From Phoronis australis (Eukaryota; Animalia; Phoronida): DNA of 64,000 nucleotides. Shown here one piece after another: positions 1 through 13,673 of the stretch; positions within the stretch are counted from its first letter, which is position 1, and each line of letters starts with the position of its first letter. Below the pieces are notes generated by a model. The model was not told the origin of the DNA, ran no database searches, and saw only the letters and a program-made list of their open reading frames with translations. The stretch covers positions 622,748 through 686,747 of the forward strand of contig NMRA01000186.1 in NCBI GenBank assembly GCA_002633005.1, given 5' to 3'. A program made the translations under genes and the position numbers.

Positions 1-3000
1 TCCTTAGAATGATTTGGTAGACAGAGGCGCAGATGCAAAAAACAGAATTGAAAACAGTAAAAATGGCCACAAAATGCCTCAAATTCAACTGAAAACTGAA
101 TGATAGCATCACCTCAATAATAGATGCCTACCAAATTTTATGAAAATCCATTGATGACCTTTGAAGATGCAGTGGTAAACATAAAAAACTAAAATTGCCA
201 CCAGAGGGAACAACGGTAGTCTGATCAGTCTGAAAGTCGTCGTCCTCTGTTGCCAACTTCATATAAACACACCAGCAAAACTCAATAAAGATCCTGTAGA
301 GCATTTAGGAGATACAGCCATGGGCGCAAAAACAAACAAAACTGCCACTAGAAGGCGCCACAATAGTCGAAGTAATAGGAATATCATAGTCAGCCGCCCT
401 CACAGTAAGAATATATATGACAGTGTTCAAAATCATCCCTAGAGCGGTTTGGTTGATAGAAGGGGTGGATGCCAAAGAACAGACTCGGAAACAGTAACAA
501 TGGGCACTAGGTGGTGCAAAGTACCTCGAATCCAGCAGAAAACGGGAGGATGGATCATCACACTAACAGATGCCTAACTGCAAAATTTTATAAAAATCGG
601 TATAGAACCTCCGAAGATACAGAGGTCAGCATAAAAAATAAAATTGCCTCTAGGGGGCACACCGGCAATCGGAGAGGTCCAAAATTCGTTGCCAGCTGTC
701 GTCAGCTTCATAGGAACACATCTGCCAAATCTCATCAAGATCCTGGGAGGGGTTTGGAGATAAAGCTGTCTGTAGACGCCGTATGACCAGATAGAGATGA
801 CGACAATATCTGGGCGCATAAAAATGGACAGGTCCGTATCGACTGATGGCCTATTGAAAACATGGACAAATCCGTATCGACAGATGGCCCAATGCAAAAA
901 AATTAATAGACTGGTCCATATCGACTGATGGTATAACAAAAAAGGGCAGGTCCGTATTGACTGATGCACTAATGAAAAAATGGATAGGTCCGTATCAACT
1001 GATGGCCTAATGAAGACTGGACAGTCCCCTATCGACTGATGGCCTAATGAAACAAGGAACTTTAGAGAAACAGAGGAAAATGGAAAAAATGAAATTGCCA
1101 CTTGGGAGGAGAGCGTTCGTCGGATCCGTCTGAAAGTTGTTGTCTTCCATTGTCAGCTTCATATAGATACACTTACTATTTAATATACATCCTGCAGAGG
1201 AGTTAGGATAAACAGCTAAGGGCGCAAAAAAACTGCCACTAGGAGATGCCACAGTAATTGAAGTCGGAAAATCATTGTCAACCGTCCTCTTCACACTGAG
1301 AACATACAAGCCAATTTTCATAATCAACCCAAGAGTGATTTGGGTAGACACCAAAAACAGACTAGAAAACAGTAAAAATGGCCACTAGATGGTGCAAAAT
1401 ACATTGAATCCATCTGAAAACCAGAAAATATGGTCATGGTTTCTTTAAAAGGAAGATACTTACAAATTTCATGAAAATTCGCCGAGGAATTTCATAGGAA
1501 CAGAGGAAAACAGAAACAAGAGCAACGCGTAATGTTGAAATGCGCCCACGAATGCACCGCTAACGTTGTGCTTCTAGGGGTGTTTATTTCGGACATAAAA
1601 ATTTACAACCGGATGGCACAAAATTTGTCGAATCCATCTGAGAACTAATGTACGTGTGTGTGTCAAGGAACTTCTGAGAAAACAGAGGAATGAAAAAATG
1701 AAATTGCCACTAAGAGGCTATAAGCACAAAAAAACATAACCGCCACAAAGAGGCACCAAAGCAGATAAAATCATCCGAAAAACATCTTCAGACTTCCTCT
1801 TCCCATTAGGAATATAAATTCCAATTTCCACAACCATCCTTAGAGTGGTTTGGTTCACAGAAAGGCAGACGTCAAATAATAAGACTCGAAAACAGTAAAA
1901 ATGGAAGCAAGGTGGCGCAAAATGCCTCGAATTTTACAAAAACCGAATGATAGCATCACCTCACTTATAGATGCCTAACTACCAAATTTAATGAAAATCC
2001 ATTGACGATCATTTAAGGTACAGAGGTAAACGTAAAAAACTAAAATTGCCACTAGGGGGCACACTGGTAGGCCGATCCGTCTGAAAGTCGTCATCCTCTG
2101 TAGTCAACTTCATATAAATACACCAGCAAAATTCAATACAGATCCTGAAGAGCATTTAGGAGATACAGCCATAGGCGCAAAAACAAACAAAACTGCCACT
2201 AGGAGGCGCCATAGTATTCCAAGTCATCGGAAAATCATCATCAGCCGCCCTCTTCACAGTCAGAAAATCATACCTAGAGTGGTTTGGTTGATAGAATGGC
2301 AGACGCCAATAAACAGACTCGAAAACAGTAAAAATGGCCATTAGGTGGCGCAAAGTACCTCGAATCCGTCCGAAAATGAGAGGATGGCATCATCTCACTA
2401 ATAGATGTCTAACCGCCAAATTTTATGACAATCCGTTGAGGACCTCCAAATCTACAGTGGTAAGCGTAAAAAAATTGAAATTGTCACTAGAGGGCACTCT
2501 TGTAGTTGAAGAGGTCTGAAATTCCTTGTCATCTGTTGTCACCTTCATGGGAATACATCTGCCAAATCTCATTCAGATCCTGTGAAAGGTTTAGGAGATA
2601 CAGTCGAGGGTGCAAAAACAAACAAAAAATGCCACTAGGAGGCGCCACAGTTGTCGAAGTCGTCAGAAAATCATCGTCAGTCGACCTCTTCATAGTAAGA
2701 ACATATATGCTAATTTTCCAAATCATTCCTAGAACGGCGGACGCCAAAAACAGACTCGAAAACAGTAAAAATGGCCACTAGGTGGTGCAAAGTACCTTGA
2801 ATCTGTCTGAAAACGGGAGGATGGCATCATCTCACTAATAGATGCCTAACTTCCAAATTTTATGAAAATCCGTTGAGGACATCTGAAGATACAGAGGTAA
2901 GATTAAAAAATAAAATTGCCACTAGAGGGCACATCGGTACTCGGAGAAGTCTGAAAATCGTCGTCATCTGTTGTCAGCTTCATAGGAACACATCTGCCAA

Positions 3001-4146
3001 ATCTCATCAAGATCCTGTGAGGGGTTTAGGAGACAGAGATGACTGCAATATCCGATCACATATAGATATGTGGGCGCATGAAAAAGAAAATTGCCGCAAG
3101 GGGGCACAGTGTTCGTCGGATCTGTCTGAAAGTCGACGTCTTCTCTTAGTGTCGCTAACTTTAAATTTAATAAAGAGCCTACAGAGGGCTTAGAAGATAC
3201 ACGCATGGGCGAAAGAAACTGCCACTAGGAAGTGCCATTGTAGCCGAAGTCATCAGAAAATCATCGACAAACGTCCTCTTTATAGTAAGAACATTCATGC
3301 CAAGTTTCACAATCATCTTTAGAGTGGTATGGTTGACAGAGGAATGGATGCCAAAAAACAGACTCGAAAACAACAAAAACGGCCACTAGGTGGGGCAAAA
3401 AACCTTGAATCAACCCAAAAATGAGTGGCTGGCGTCATCTCACTAATAGATGCCTATCTGCCAAATTTTATGGAAATCTGTTTGAAGATACATGTACAGA
3501 GGCAAACGTAAAAAAACTAAAATTGCCATTAGGGGGCACCCCAGCAGTCGATCTGTCCGAAAGTCGTTGTCGTGTGTTGCCAACTTCTTATAAATAGTAA
3601 TAAAGATCTTGTAGAGTGTTTAGGAGTTACAGCCATGGGCGCAAAAAACAAACAAAAATGCCCCTAGGAGATGCTACAGTAGTCGAAGTCATTGGAAAAT
3701 AATTGTCAACCATCCTCTTCATAGTAAGAACATACATGCCAATTTTCACAACCATCCTTGGTTGATAGAGGGACGGACACTCGAAAATAGTAAAAATGGC
3801 CACTGGATGGTGCAAAATGCCTCGAATCCATCCGGAAATGGGAGAATAGTGTCGCCTCATTAATAGATGCCTATGTGCCTAATTTTATGAAAATCGCCTA
3901 AAGACCTTTGAAGATACAGAGGCAAACGTAAAAAAACTAAAATTGCCACTAGTTGAAACAACAGTATTCAGGTTGGTCCGAAACTTGTCGCCCTTTGTCG
4001 TCAACCCCATAGGTACACACCTGCCACATTTCAATAAGATCCTACAAGGGGTTTAGAAGATACAGCCACGGACGCTGGATGCCTGGACGCCAAGACAGAG
4101 ATGTCGGCAACATGCACCCACATATAAATATGTGGGCGCATAAAAA
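1..4146 (-). mobile_element. Cluster of nested Helentron-type non-autonomous (HINE/DINE-like) elements with internal ~435-bp tandem units
   Basis: Subterminal inverted repeats ATGCGCCCAC (~1540) and GTGGGCGCAT (~810 variant, 3070, 4132); terminal hairpin cccacatataaatatgtggg; minus-strand end ...GCTCTTGTT; A/T-run targets without TSD. Confidence 0.75.
826..1050. repeat. Minisatellite, ~39-bp unit (ggacaggtccgtatcgactgatggcc + A-rich linker), about 6 copies
   Basis: Directly visible tandem copies. Confidence 0.85.
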
Positions 4147-4599
4147 TTATGGGTCATGGGTTGAAGAAATGTAAGAAAAATATGGGCGATGGTAAGAAAT
4201 GAAAGTTCATTCCCCCTCCCATGCTTTTTACAGGAAAAGCCCTAAGCATATTATATTGGTTTAAAGTAGTAATTTTTAGCTTTCAACAACCGACAACTAT
4301 CTTCTACTAAAAATGGCAATAACTTAGCAGTCAACAATGAGTCCAGTCTAATTATCAAATCAATACATTGACGAAAAGTCATACTCACAGCACTATTAGG
4401 TCAAACCAAAATCACAAACCAGAATTAACCAACAATACAAGAGGTGCTGAATCTTCACGTCCATGACTTTAATTCAGATCATGGTTTTAACACTTGTACT
4501 AAGAACGTTTTATTGTACTAAAAATCAAACCAAATAAATATATCACGAGAACTTGTTAACTTTTGGTGATTTAAACAAGTCGTTGTCAGCATAACATAC

Positions 4600-4659
4600 C
4601 TGGTTGGTTTCTGTTAGATTCAGGCTCTGAATCCGAACTGGTGCTAGAAACAATAGGAT
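4600..4659 (-). CDS. EAF: EAF probable exon 5 (Ser/acidic segment); terminal exon(s) not found in window
   Basis: ttttgcag acceptor, gtatgt donor; DPIVSSTSSDSEPESNRNQP in frame, similar in composition to the EAF Ser/acidic region. Confidence 0.7.
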
Positions 4660-5550
4660 CTGCAAAAGCATTGACACCCACAATCAGTAAGTTGTGACGG
4701 TATAACCTGGCATTCTAAATGATAGGCTCGATGTTAAACATCCTTAAGTTATGATTTGAGAAGTCATATATTTGATAGATAAACATCCACAAACTAATGC
4801 GACAGCTCACTAGCCACGCGTTCTATAAACAGATATTACTATAAGCAGATATTAATCTTAGACTATTAAATTTGTGCCACATGACACCTCCATTGGTTGA
4901 TATGTGTGACAGCTCCAGCAACAGTTGTGACAATCTGGGATTGTTCTCGGCTTAGCCTGTGTCTGTAGCTTCTATGACATTAGCACATTGAGGTGACACT
5001 AAATGTGGACAGACTATGGGAAATACTATTGATCCTAGTACAAGTTTTATGTGCTTATAAATTAAAGCACAGAAAAGTCCAAGTAAATATTAAAAAATCT
5101 GCTAAGCTGTCACGGACCAATCACTGAGTGACCATTGTCCAACGGGACTTGCAGGACACTTCCCTCACCTGCTGCTGGGTGATAATTTCAATGACTATTG
5201 ATTGTACTGCCATTATATGTGTCATCAGAACCAGTACAGCCCCCAACAGTCATTCAGCTGTCTACTGTCTCATGCTACTACTATCTTTTAGGTCTTAACA
5301 TTAGACAGTTGAAGGACTATTCAATAAACCAAAAGCAAAAATAATTGAAAGCAACATGCATTAAAATCATTTATTAGCAATTACACTGTGCTTAAAAAAA
5401 CGAGTCATCCTATTTACAACAACGTGCCTATGACTATCTTAGCTACCACTGAATGTACAACCTTTTTATAAAACGTGTTTCCGATCTATTCCATAATAAA
5501 TGAATAGGCAGAATTACCCTCACTAAATTTACACAATTGCACAGTCATAC

Positions 5551-5714
5551 CTTTGTCAGGTGTAATTATAGCCGGTGTCTTTACTGCCTTGCTTGTTGTG
5601 CTCTTCTTTGTTTTGGGCTTTGATGGCGAGTTTTTGAGATCTTTCACTTTCACTGAATCAACTGGTGTTACAGGTCGGGAGGACTGCATTTGAGCCTTGC
5701 TGGCACCCTCCATT
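5551..5714 (-). CDS. EAF: EAF exon 4
   Basis: tag acceptor, gtatga donor; (R)MEGASKAQMQSSRPVTP... continues in frame into an S/T/K/P-rich region. Confidence 0.85.
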
Positions 5715-6646
5715 CTATAAGACAAAATGTTATTAAGGTTATATGTGAGACTCTACAAATATGATCAATTTTGGCCAACTTTGGAACATCACATTCACAT
5801 AAAATGTTCAGGCAAGCTTTATGCGGTGTTCTCCAAAACAATGTTAGGAATTGCTTTTGCATGAGGGATAATTGGATATGATTTTTGTGAAAAAAATAAA
5901 GTTGAATAAAATGAAAACAAAATAGTTACTTTAATAGAAAATTGTAACAATGTTTTTGAGATTTTATCTTGAAGATTAATCACATGCTAAATTTGGTCAT
6001 CAAATTGATCCTGTTGTCTTGCTATGAATGTACCTTTTAAAACTAAATTTTACTAAAAAAACCACAACACAAGAGTTCATTGAAGGTCTACTTGGCTACA
6101 GACTACTACATCCTCTCTCATCCAGAGCTAATGACTATATATACATATATATAGTATTACATAACAGAACCAGCCTGAGGTATACACCTGAGAGCTACTC
6201 ATTCACCACAGGTTTTTCGTAACTGATCATTAGCGATTCCAAAATCTTTGTCTGAAATGTGTCATTTTCAACATAGCGAATTACGGTATTGTCTACTATT
6301 TCTTGCCTAGTTATCTTTGGCCATGTTGGTGAACCAAACGATCTTGAATGGAGCCCCCTGCGTGTGTATGGACAACCCTCGGGAGAGAGAACCCACCCTG
6401 TGTTCTAAGTAACCCTGCTACTACCATTAATAACATTTCTAGTCCATACTGTACACAACAGTTCCCAAATATTTTGTTGAATGGGTTACCAGGAGGCGCC
6501 AGGATACCTAGATGATGTTAGCAGGGGATAGGAAGGCAGTCATACATCATACGTATGGATCTATTCTTCAGCTACTCTCTAGCCATCCAAACACTGCCCG
6601 TTTTACAAAATATTTGTGAAGCACAGTGTATCTCCAACCCAGCTAC

Positions 6647-6783
6647 CTTGTTTTCTTGACTTGTATGTTATAGCTGAGCCTCTCTAAAGTGAAAGTGCCG
6701 GTGTTGGGGCTGTAGAGTAGCAGGCATTCCTTGGCACACGGCCTCTTGTTACCCTTATACACAGTGTGAGAGGTGCCAGAACT
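6647..6783 (-). CDS. EAF: EAF exon 3
   Basis: [46 protein letters not shown] matches the EAF core (TVFKGNKRP...LEKLS..IQVKKTR); canonical splice sites. Confidence 0.95.
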
Positions 6784-8280
6784 CTGCAGCGATTGAAGAG
6801 AACACAGTGTAAATAGTTAACACAGTTAATGTTCTTCAACTTCAGACTTTCCATTTTGTTATGTACGTGGGATTTAATTTGAGAGGAGACAAAGAGGTCT
6901 CATGGCAAGAAACGTGTATTGAGAAAATCGAACTAATAGAGTAGTCTCTGACTGTTCAATACAGCACTATACAGAATGGAATTTTTCATTCAGCCAGTCC
7001 TTGGACTGGCAAAATATTTAAGAATTATCTGTACTGACTGCAAGTCAGCCTCGTAAAAAATGCGCACAGATTCCGAATATTAGTTTCCTTAAAATATTTT
7101 AAAATTGCACAGTTCAACATAACAACCAAACAACAAATAAAAACATACTAGGAAAAATTTTGTTTCGTCTGGAAAAAGTCGCACATTTTAGTAGAGCAGT
7201 GTTAAATTGACAACTAAATATGTTTATTATATGTTAAGCGCAGAATAAATTTGAATTCAAAATTCAAAACACTCCCTTTCAGTGACTCAGTTTACCTTCT
7301 TTCAAATGTATACTCTTGTAAGTTATGTAACCCAAAGATGCTCTCAAGCAAATCCAAGACCATCAGAACAAGGTTTGAGTTGCTGTTTAGTAGCAAAAAA
7401 GGCCTTTCTATTGAGCTCATTTTTGTTGTTCAAGTAGGAATAAGAAGTTGTGAACATGGATAAGTACATAGAAGCTACACACGACAGTCCACAGTGGTCT
7501 CAGTCCAGATCTCCCTTCTGAAGTTGATCGCTGGGATGGAACTAAAATTCAGCTAAAACTTGAATTAAACTATAAAGGTTTATCTCACTAAAATTTGTAA
7601 CTTTGACTCTTGTTTTAAAGCAGGATTTGTGATGATAAATCACTGCTTCAGTTATTATAGGAAGCGTGAGGGTAACTTTCTTCAGGGATTAAATTTGAGC
7701 AATCACCCGGTTCCTTGGACAGACGTGTCAAAAAAAGCAGTAGCAATAAATTTAGTTAACAGTATGGAGGTGAATCTTATTTTATTTTGGTAAACATTTC
7801 TCAAATAAGCAAACAATTAGGAAAAAGGGTTGACTTGGCGGGGACTCATGTTTCAGGGTCCTGGAGTTGTCGTCTTGGAACACTACTGGCAGAGTGTTTT
7901 TGTGAGAATCAGTAACAAGGTGCCAGGTGGTTCCCTAATGTAGAGACTATTTTTTCACTTAAGTGTTTGGTGTACAATTTACTCATTAAGTACTTCATCT
8001 GGAAGAATGATATTGTCTGTCATCAAAAAGAAAGTTAACTTCATCATTAATCTGGAACGGTTTGTGCCCTTCAGACGTCCTAGATTCCCCAGTGCATAAT
8101 GTTCACAATCCCTACCCTACATGGCTATTACTAGCTACCATATGACTAGCTGCTGCTATAAAACAGGCCATTAAATAGTCCTCATCACACACACACACAC
8201 AATGCTGGTAAATATATAAGAGCGTATAACTAAGCTCCAGTGACTATGCCACAGTACATTCACCAGGAGCATCACTTCAC

Positions 8281-8375
8281 CTCAATATTTGGCACAGTTA
8301 TCTGCACTTGATTCTTTTCACCTATTTCCACTGCAGCCATTTTCGTGGTATCAACAGATGCAGGTTTGAAGTCAT
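8281..8375 (-). CDS. EAF: EAF exon 2
   Basis: cag acceptor, gt donor; (Y)DFKPASVDTTKMAAVEIGEKNQVQITVPNIE contains the EAF DFKPAS(I/V)D motif; phase-compatible with exon 1. Confidence 0.95.
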
Positions 8376-9004
8376 CTGAAATAAAACGTGGCAGATGAAA
8401 TCTCTACCGGTGCACATCAGTTTAAAGGGGCATTTTGTCGCTGTTTGGCAGTCAATGTTGAATAAATTCTTATTTGAAGCCCATTATCATGCTCATCCAT
8501 TTTGAATTGCTGTTGAAACAGGCAATGGATACACGAGCCATTTTGAAATTGGCAATTTTAGGGTTGGACAACTCAAATTAACTCAGAAGCACTTTCTCTG
8601 ATAGCATCGATGTTCTTGTTACCAAATTCTGAGATCATTTGTATTAGCTAAGTGGCTAAATTCATTTTTCCATTTTTCTCAGCTAAACCCGTCATACCCC
8701 TTTCAAGCCAACTTTCTCAGTCAGATAAAAACATAGGAGACAGGTTGATACATAGTTTGAAAGCTATCAGTGAGACCTAACAATTGGTAGATAATTACTT
8801 TCTTAGGAGGAAATTTTTATCTCAATTGGTCGAAACATTCTCTGATTATACGTCGGTCACAAATGGAATTGCCCCACTATAAAATTGGATTCGCCTCGTT
8901 TCTTTACTCGAATCACTAATCATCAGAAGTGATTTTTGTTTTTACAAAGAGCTGACAGTTCATTACTCCTTACATCCACGCCATGACAAGCCAACTTGTA
9001 GGCG

Positions 9005-9122
9005 GCACTAGTTGGATATAATGGACCCTGACTTAGAGAACCAGGCAATCACTAAATAACGGGCGTTATTTAGTGGATGAAACTGGTTCTCTTAATCAGG
9101 GTCCATTATATCCGACTAGCGC
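9005..9122. repeat. Long imperfect palindrome (MITE-like hairpin) in EAF intron 1
   Basis: ctagttggatataatggaccctga..agagaaccag..cactaaataac / gttatttagtg..ctggttctct..tcagggtccattatatccgactag. Confidence 0.8.
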
Positions 9123-9645
9123 CCTTGTAAACCTTGGTTGGCCAGCAAATTCATCAGTTCTTTCAAGGCACTGAAATACCATCTAATTTGACAAATGCAT
9201 AATTTGAAATACAAAATAGTAACTATTTCATATTTTTATTCGTCTGTAATTGCATTGCAACATCTATTTGATTTCATAATTTGAAACCAATCTCATTGTG
9301 ATAAGTGGTCTAATTTTTGTTTGTGGTGGAAGATGGAATTTAAGCACGGTCTGGCATAGATCATGTAAAACACGGGCGGCTGGGCCAAGAGACAGTATGG
9401 CCGACCACTTTACGGTACGTACTAGATTAACAGTTTACTCGACAGTCGACATGTCTATAGCTATACCAAAAGGTTTGACACGATAACATTAATTTTGATT
9501 TACACCTAAACAATGGTGGACACTGATACCACAGGCAATGTCAGGAACCAATTTTGAACTACTATTTCGGGCACAGTCACAGACAATCTCTCGGCGCATT
9601 ATTCATTTATTGTCGTCGGAAACGTAACCGGCAAACTTTGCTTAC

Positions 9646-9745
9646 AACGGATAGTGTGGAATGCACTATCTGGATCAGAGTCGAAACTGTTCCCAAGTAT
9701 CAAATCATGTTCTTCTGTTCCCACAGAAAACGGGTTATCCACCAT
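9646..9745 (-). CDS. EAF: ELL-associated factor (EAF1/EAF2 family), exon 1
   Basis: ATG at 9745; MVDNPFSVGTEEHDLILGNSFDSDPDSAFHTIR resembles the EAF N-terminus (EEHxLxLGxSF...FHTIRY); gtaag donor, phase 1. Confidence 0.93.
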
Positions 9746-9820
9746 ATTCTCAATTTCAAATGTGAAATATGGACCCAGGGTGCTTCTGTTCGAACACACG
9801 ATCTCCAATTTGTTCGGATA

Positions 9821-9851
9821 CGGAAGTAAACGAATATGACTGAAGATGGCG
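9821..9851. promoter_or_regulatory. Possible EAF proximal promoter motifs (ETS-like CGGAAGT, YY1-like AAGATGGCG)
   Basis: Short motifs about 75-105 bp upstream of the EAF ATG; could occur by chance. Confidence 0.3.
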
Positions 9852-12709
9852 CTAGTGCAACACGCGTATTGCCAGAGGACCGTAAGAGACGCTAACTTTA
9901 AAAATATCAAAGCATTAACTTAAGGCAAGGAGACTTTCAAAAGGCTAAGGACCCGCTTGCATGTGAAAGTCACCTATTTCTACACATGTAGTTAAACAGG
10001 GCCGAAGGAAGGAAGGGGGGGGGGCACGAGCACCTCAAAATTTTTCAGGCATCAAGGTGGGCAACGTTGGCAAGCCGTGACAACCGACATAAGAGTTAGA
10101 CCGGTGACATTCGAGGAAAGAAAGACTGCATGCGAGAAAATTCTAAGAGAACATTTAACAACTCTGTTTTCAGTGCATGGTTTACCGTTTGAGGACCCTG
10201 GCCAGGACATTGTTGTTAGGGTCTCCGCTTGCATACATGGTAGGTCGTTTAAACGCACTTCAGTGAAAAGGTGCACCCAGTAGGCAATCACACACATATT
10301 TCGAACAAATGACAAAAATTGTAAAGCGAAGCTTTTGCGGAGCGTACTAATTTACCGGATTTTTGAATTCAATAAGTCATTTTTGTGAATGCAAAACTAT
10401 ATTTTTCTAGAGGCACCTCTCTGGCAAGGGGTAACCGAACTTGACGAAGATAACTCGCTTTATATTGTTTTCTCGAAACTGTACTATATCACTTTTGAAA
10501 AAATGATGATCTGACGGATAACATCAATTGATGTGCATTTCTTGATTCTTGAAAATATAAATATTTTCATATTTTGGGGCCCCGACATTGATGACATTCA
10601 AGTGCATGGCCACCCTTTTTGTGATTTTATTGACAAATTCTTCAAAGCCGGGGCCGCTCACGGAGAGAAGGCCCAGGGCAATGTTGGACTAGATTACCTC
10701 TATTTTCCTGTTTTTTGTGAAATCGTGCGACCGGCTTTCATGTTGTAGGAGGTCACCTGAGCATCGTTTTGAGGCCACACGACGATGGAATGAACTGTTA
10801 CTTTTTTCCAAGCTTAATGATGTTTAACCTTTAATCTTCAAGGTGTCCATTTCAGTGGAGCACTGAGTTCGGGGGAAATATCCCTTTGTCCCTCTATACA
10901 TATAAAAAGGCACTGCCAAGTACTGACGAGGGAAGTTGATATTCCAAATTCATCAAAAAACACAAAACATTCGTGTACAGCACAGCAGGATCGAGACATT
11001 TGATCAAAAAAAAACAAAAAATGTGAAAAGATACAATAGGATTGTCTGCCATCGAAAGGGTGGAATTTTGAGGAAAGTGAAGACCACTATTTGTGAATAA
11101 CACAAAAGGACTGTTTCCGATAAAGTAATGTTACCGTTTCCCAAAATAGCACAAGAATAGTATTTCTTTCGAAGGTAGTTACTGTGAGTTGTTTGTATGG
11201 AATTCTCGCATGTGGAAGACATAGCTGTCTAGGCTACTACTTGTGATGACCGTGTAGATGTCGAAATGGGGTAGCCAAAAAACTCTCGCAATCATAAACA
11301 AAGATTTCAGCGGTTTTTTGTCAGTGTAGTTAAAATTTACCTCGTGAACCGTTATAGGTACTGCAGAAATAAGCAAAAATACGTCTTAATACGAATGCCC
11401 CATCTCCCATGTTCCCCGGTTACCCGTCAAAAATCTATGAGTATGCATGCGGAAACTACTTATTACATTCCGTTTTGATAAACAAATTCGTTGTTTCTGA
11501 TTTACTTGTCTATGTATCTACGAAAGTCGATAGATTCATTTATGATGTTTGACAATTTGAAGCTAATCATGATCTTGTAAGAATTGATGATGTTTCAGTG
11601 AATTTAATGGCAGTCTGAAGTTGGAAAATCTCCATAATTCGATCCCCAAATAGTAAACTACACTTAGACGATTTTTGACTACAAAAGTTACTCTCAAAGA
11701 CAATGATGAAATTCGGACTCACAAACCGTGTGTGATAACTGTCTTAGTATATAGTGGGCGTGTCTTCCATCTAGTTTAGTTGTTAGAGACCTCACCTCGT
11801 CTGGTCAGTTCGGGTCTGGCTGTTGGCCAGAACGCATGTGTACTCATAGTTGCGCTAATATATAAACATGTAGTAAATGTGATCGTTTTAGCTGGTACAT
11901 TCGGTCATCACATCGTGGATGGAAAAACGTTTTAAAAGTCCTTAATCATACTCATTGCTTGGAAAGGTTGTCTGCACTTCCTTAGTGCTTTTAGTTTCCG
12001 GTAGTATTGAGCAATGAATTTTTGAAACTGAATTGTTTGCTTACCCTGATTCCCGTGTGTTCTGGCGCAGTGTCAGCGAACAATCGAGAGAAACACAGGT
12101 GATTCTACGTACGGACTAATTCTTTTATTCGAGTGCCGTCAGTACATAGACAAACCCTACAATCTCGACGACGAAACCAATAACATGCATACGTACACTG
12201 CACACAGATAAGTAATACGAAATACGAATGAATGGAACTGGCGGGTAAAACGCTTTTAAATGTCAGTGCCACGTGACAAGTTCACAATCTGCCGGGGGGG
12301 GGGTACTTGAAAATGAGTAGGCCCTACAACAGGAAACAATACTTAATATACACAGGCAATATGAATGATTGCGTCTGCAGTAACACCGTGCACGTTATCA
12401 CTAACGCCCCTGTTGAAATTAAGATGTAACCATACAGTAGACCCGCGTAGAATCTCAGTGATCTACGGGAACTGAACTCCAGGCGTTGAAGTGTGCACAT
12501 TTTTGGGACACACTCTGTATCATTTTCCCCAACCACCAGAAACTGGACTACCGCTCGTGTTTCAACGAGGGATTTTGAAACAGCCCCAAAGGCACTATCG
12601 ATACAAGGGATCTCGGGACCTCACCTTTTAAAAAACCTCCTTCAAAGAATGACCATAAAAATAAAGTTTTCCAGAAACCGGGTCACAATAAAACGAATCC
12701 TGAACGTAG

Positions 12710-12868
12710 CATGGGCGGATCCAGGACTGAGTTAGGGGAGCCAGGGCAGAGTATTAGCAAGGATTTTGTCTGTCAGACATTGGCACTCCCGAACTGCCCA
12801 ATGGAGTCTTGGAGAATTTTAGGGGGGGGGGGCATGGCCCCCTTGGCCCCCCTCTAAATCCGCCACTG
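12710..12868. mobile_element. Short hAT-like MITE; relatives near 13105-13235, 14994-15190 and 22336-22495
   Basis: Ends catgggcggatcca / aaatccgccactg; shared internal ggagaattttaggggggg..catggccccc. Confidence 0.55.
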
Positions 12869-13673
12869 CTTAGAGCCAGCGCAGACGGCCGGTACGAGCT
12901 GCCTGTCTCAAGTGAAGCATGGCTAAACTGACCAGCAACTAGAATTTCGGGAATTTGGTATTTTCACACAGTGAGATCTCAGCTATAGCTACTTGAGGCA
13001 GCTCCTCGCTACCGGTCAATGTACTGGTCCTGGGCCCTTTCTTACTCTTCGTGTTGGTTCACAGTTACTCAACTCTTGATGGCTTCATCCCCGGGATTGT
13101 CCCAGGGGCGATCAGTTAGGGAGGCCAGGACAGAGTATTAGTCGGGTTTTTCTAGTCAGAAATTCGCACCCAAAGGCAAATGGAAGCTGGAAGATTTAAG
13201 GGGGGGCCTTCCCCCCCCAAGTCCGCTGTACCCCTGCATAGGGCGGATTTCAGAGATTCAGTACAAATATGGTGGCATCGGGAGTAGGCTACGGGGGCGG
13301 GTGGGGGCGTTGGCAAAAGTGGTGGCGATGGTAGGGGGGTACTTTGGCGAAGTCGAAAGTGTTTGTGCCCCCATAATAATTTTTGCCTTCTTACGTTCCT
13401 GAGTTTGCCTACTAACTATATGATTTAAATTCATTACACAGTGCAGGGAAACAAGAGTCAGAGGTGATAGGTAAGACACATCTCTCAAATACTCAGTATG
13501 CAGAGCTACCTGGCTAGTGTTATATATTTACATAACCTTTGGTTTGTTTTTCTTACAATACTAACACGATCTGGACTGACCCAGGCAAATACCTCGTCAA
13601 ACCAATGACACTATTTCGAAGAAATCTATTCTTTGTTGATAACTTATAGTTTGGTAGTAGGACAAACCTAGCT

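Noticed and set aside
826-1050. CRISPR-like look: ~20-bp repeat with variable linkers
   Set aside because: Linkers are short, A-rich and similar to one another; no cas genes; eukaryotic context. It is a minisatellite.
511-3860. Many short ORFs within the repeat family (also at 23-24.8 kb and 41.5-44.2 kb)
   Set aside because: By-products of tandem units on both strands, with no domain signal
7980-8060. Possible C/D snoRNA in an EAF intron (ATGATGA on the minus strand)
   Set aside because: No properly placed CTGA D box or terminal stem
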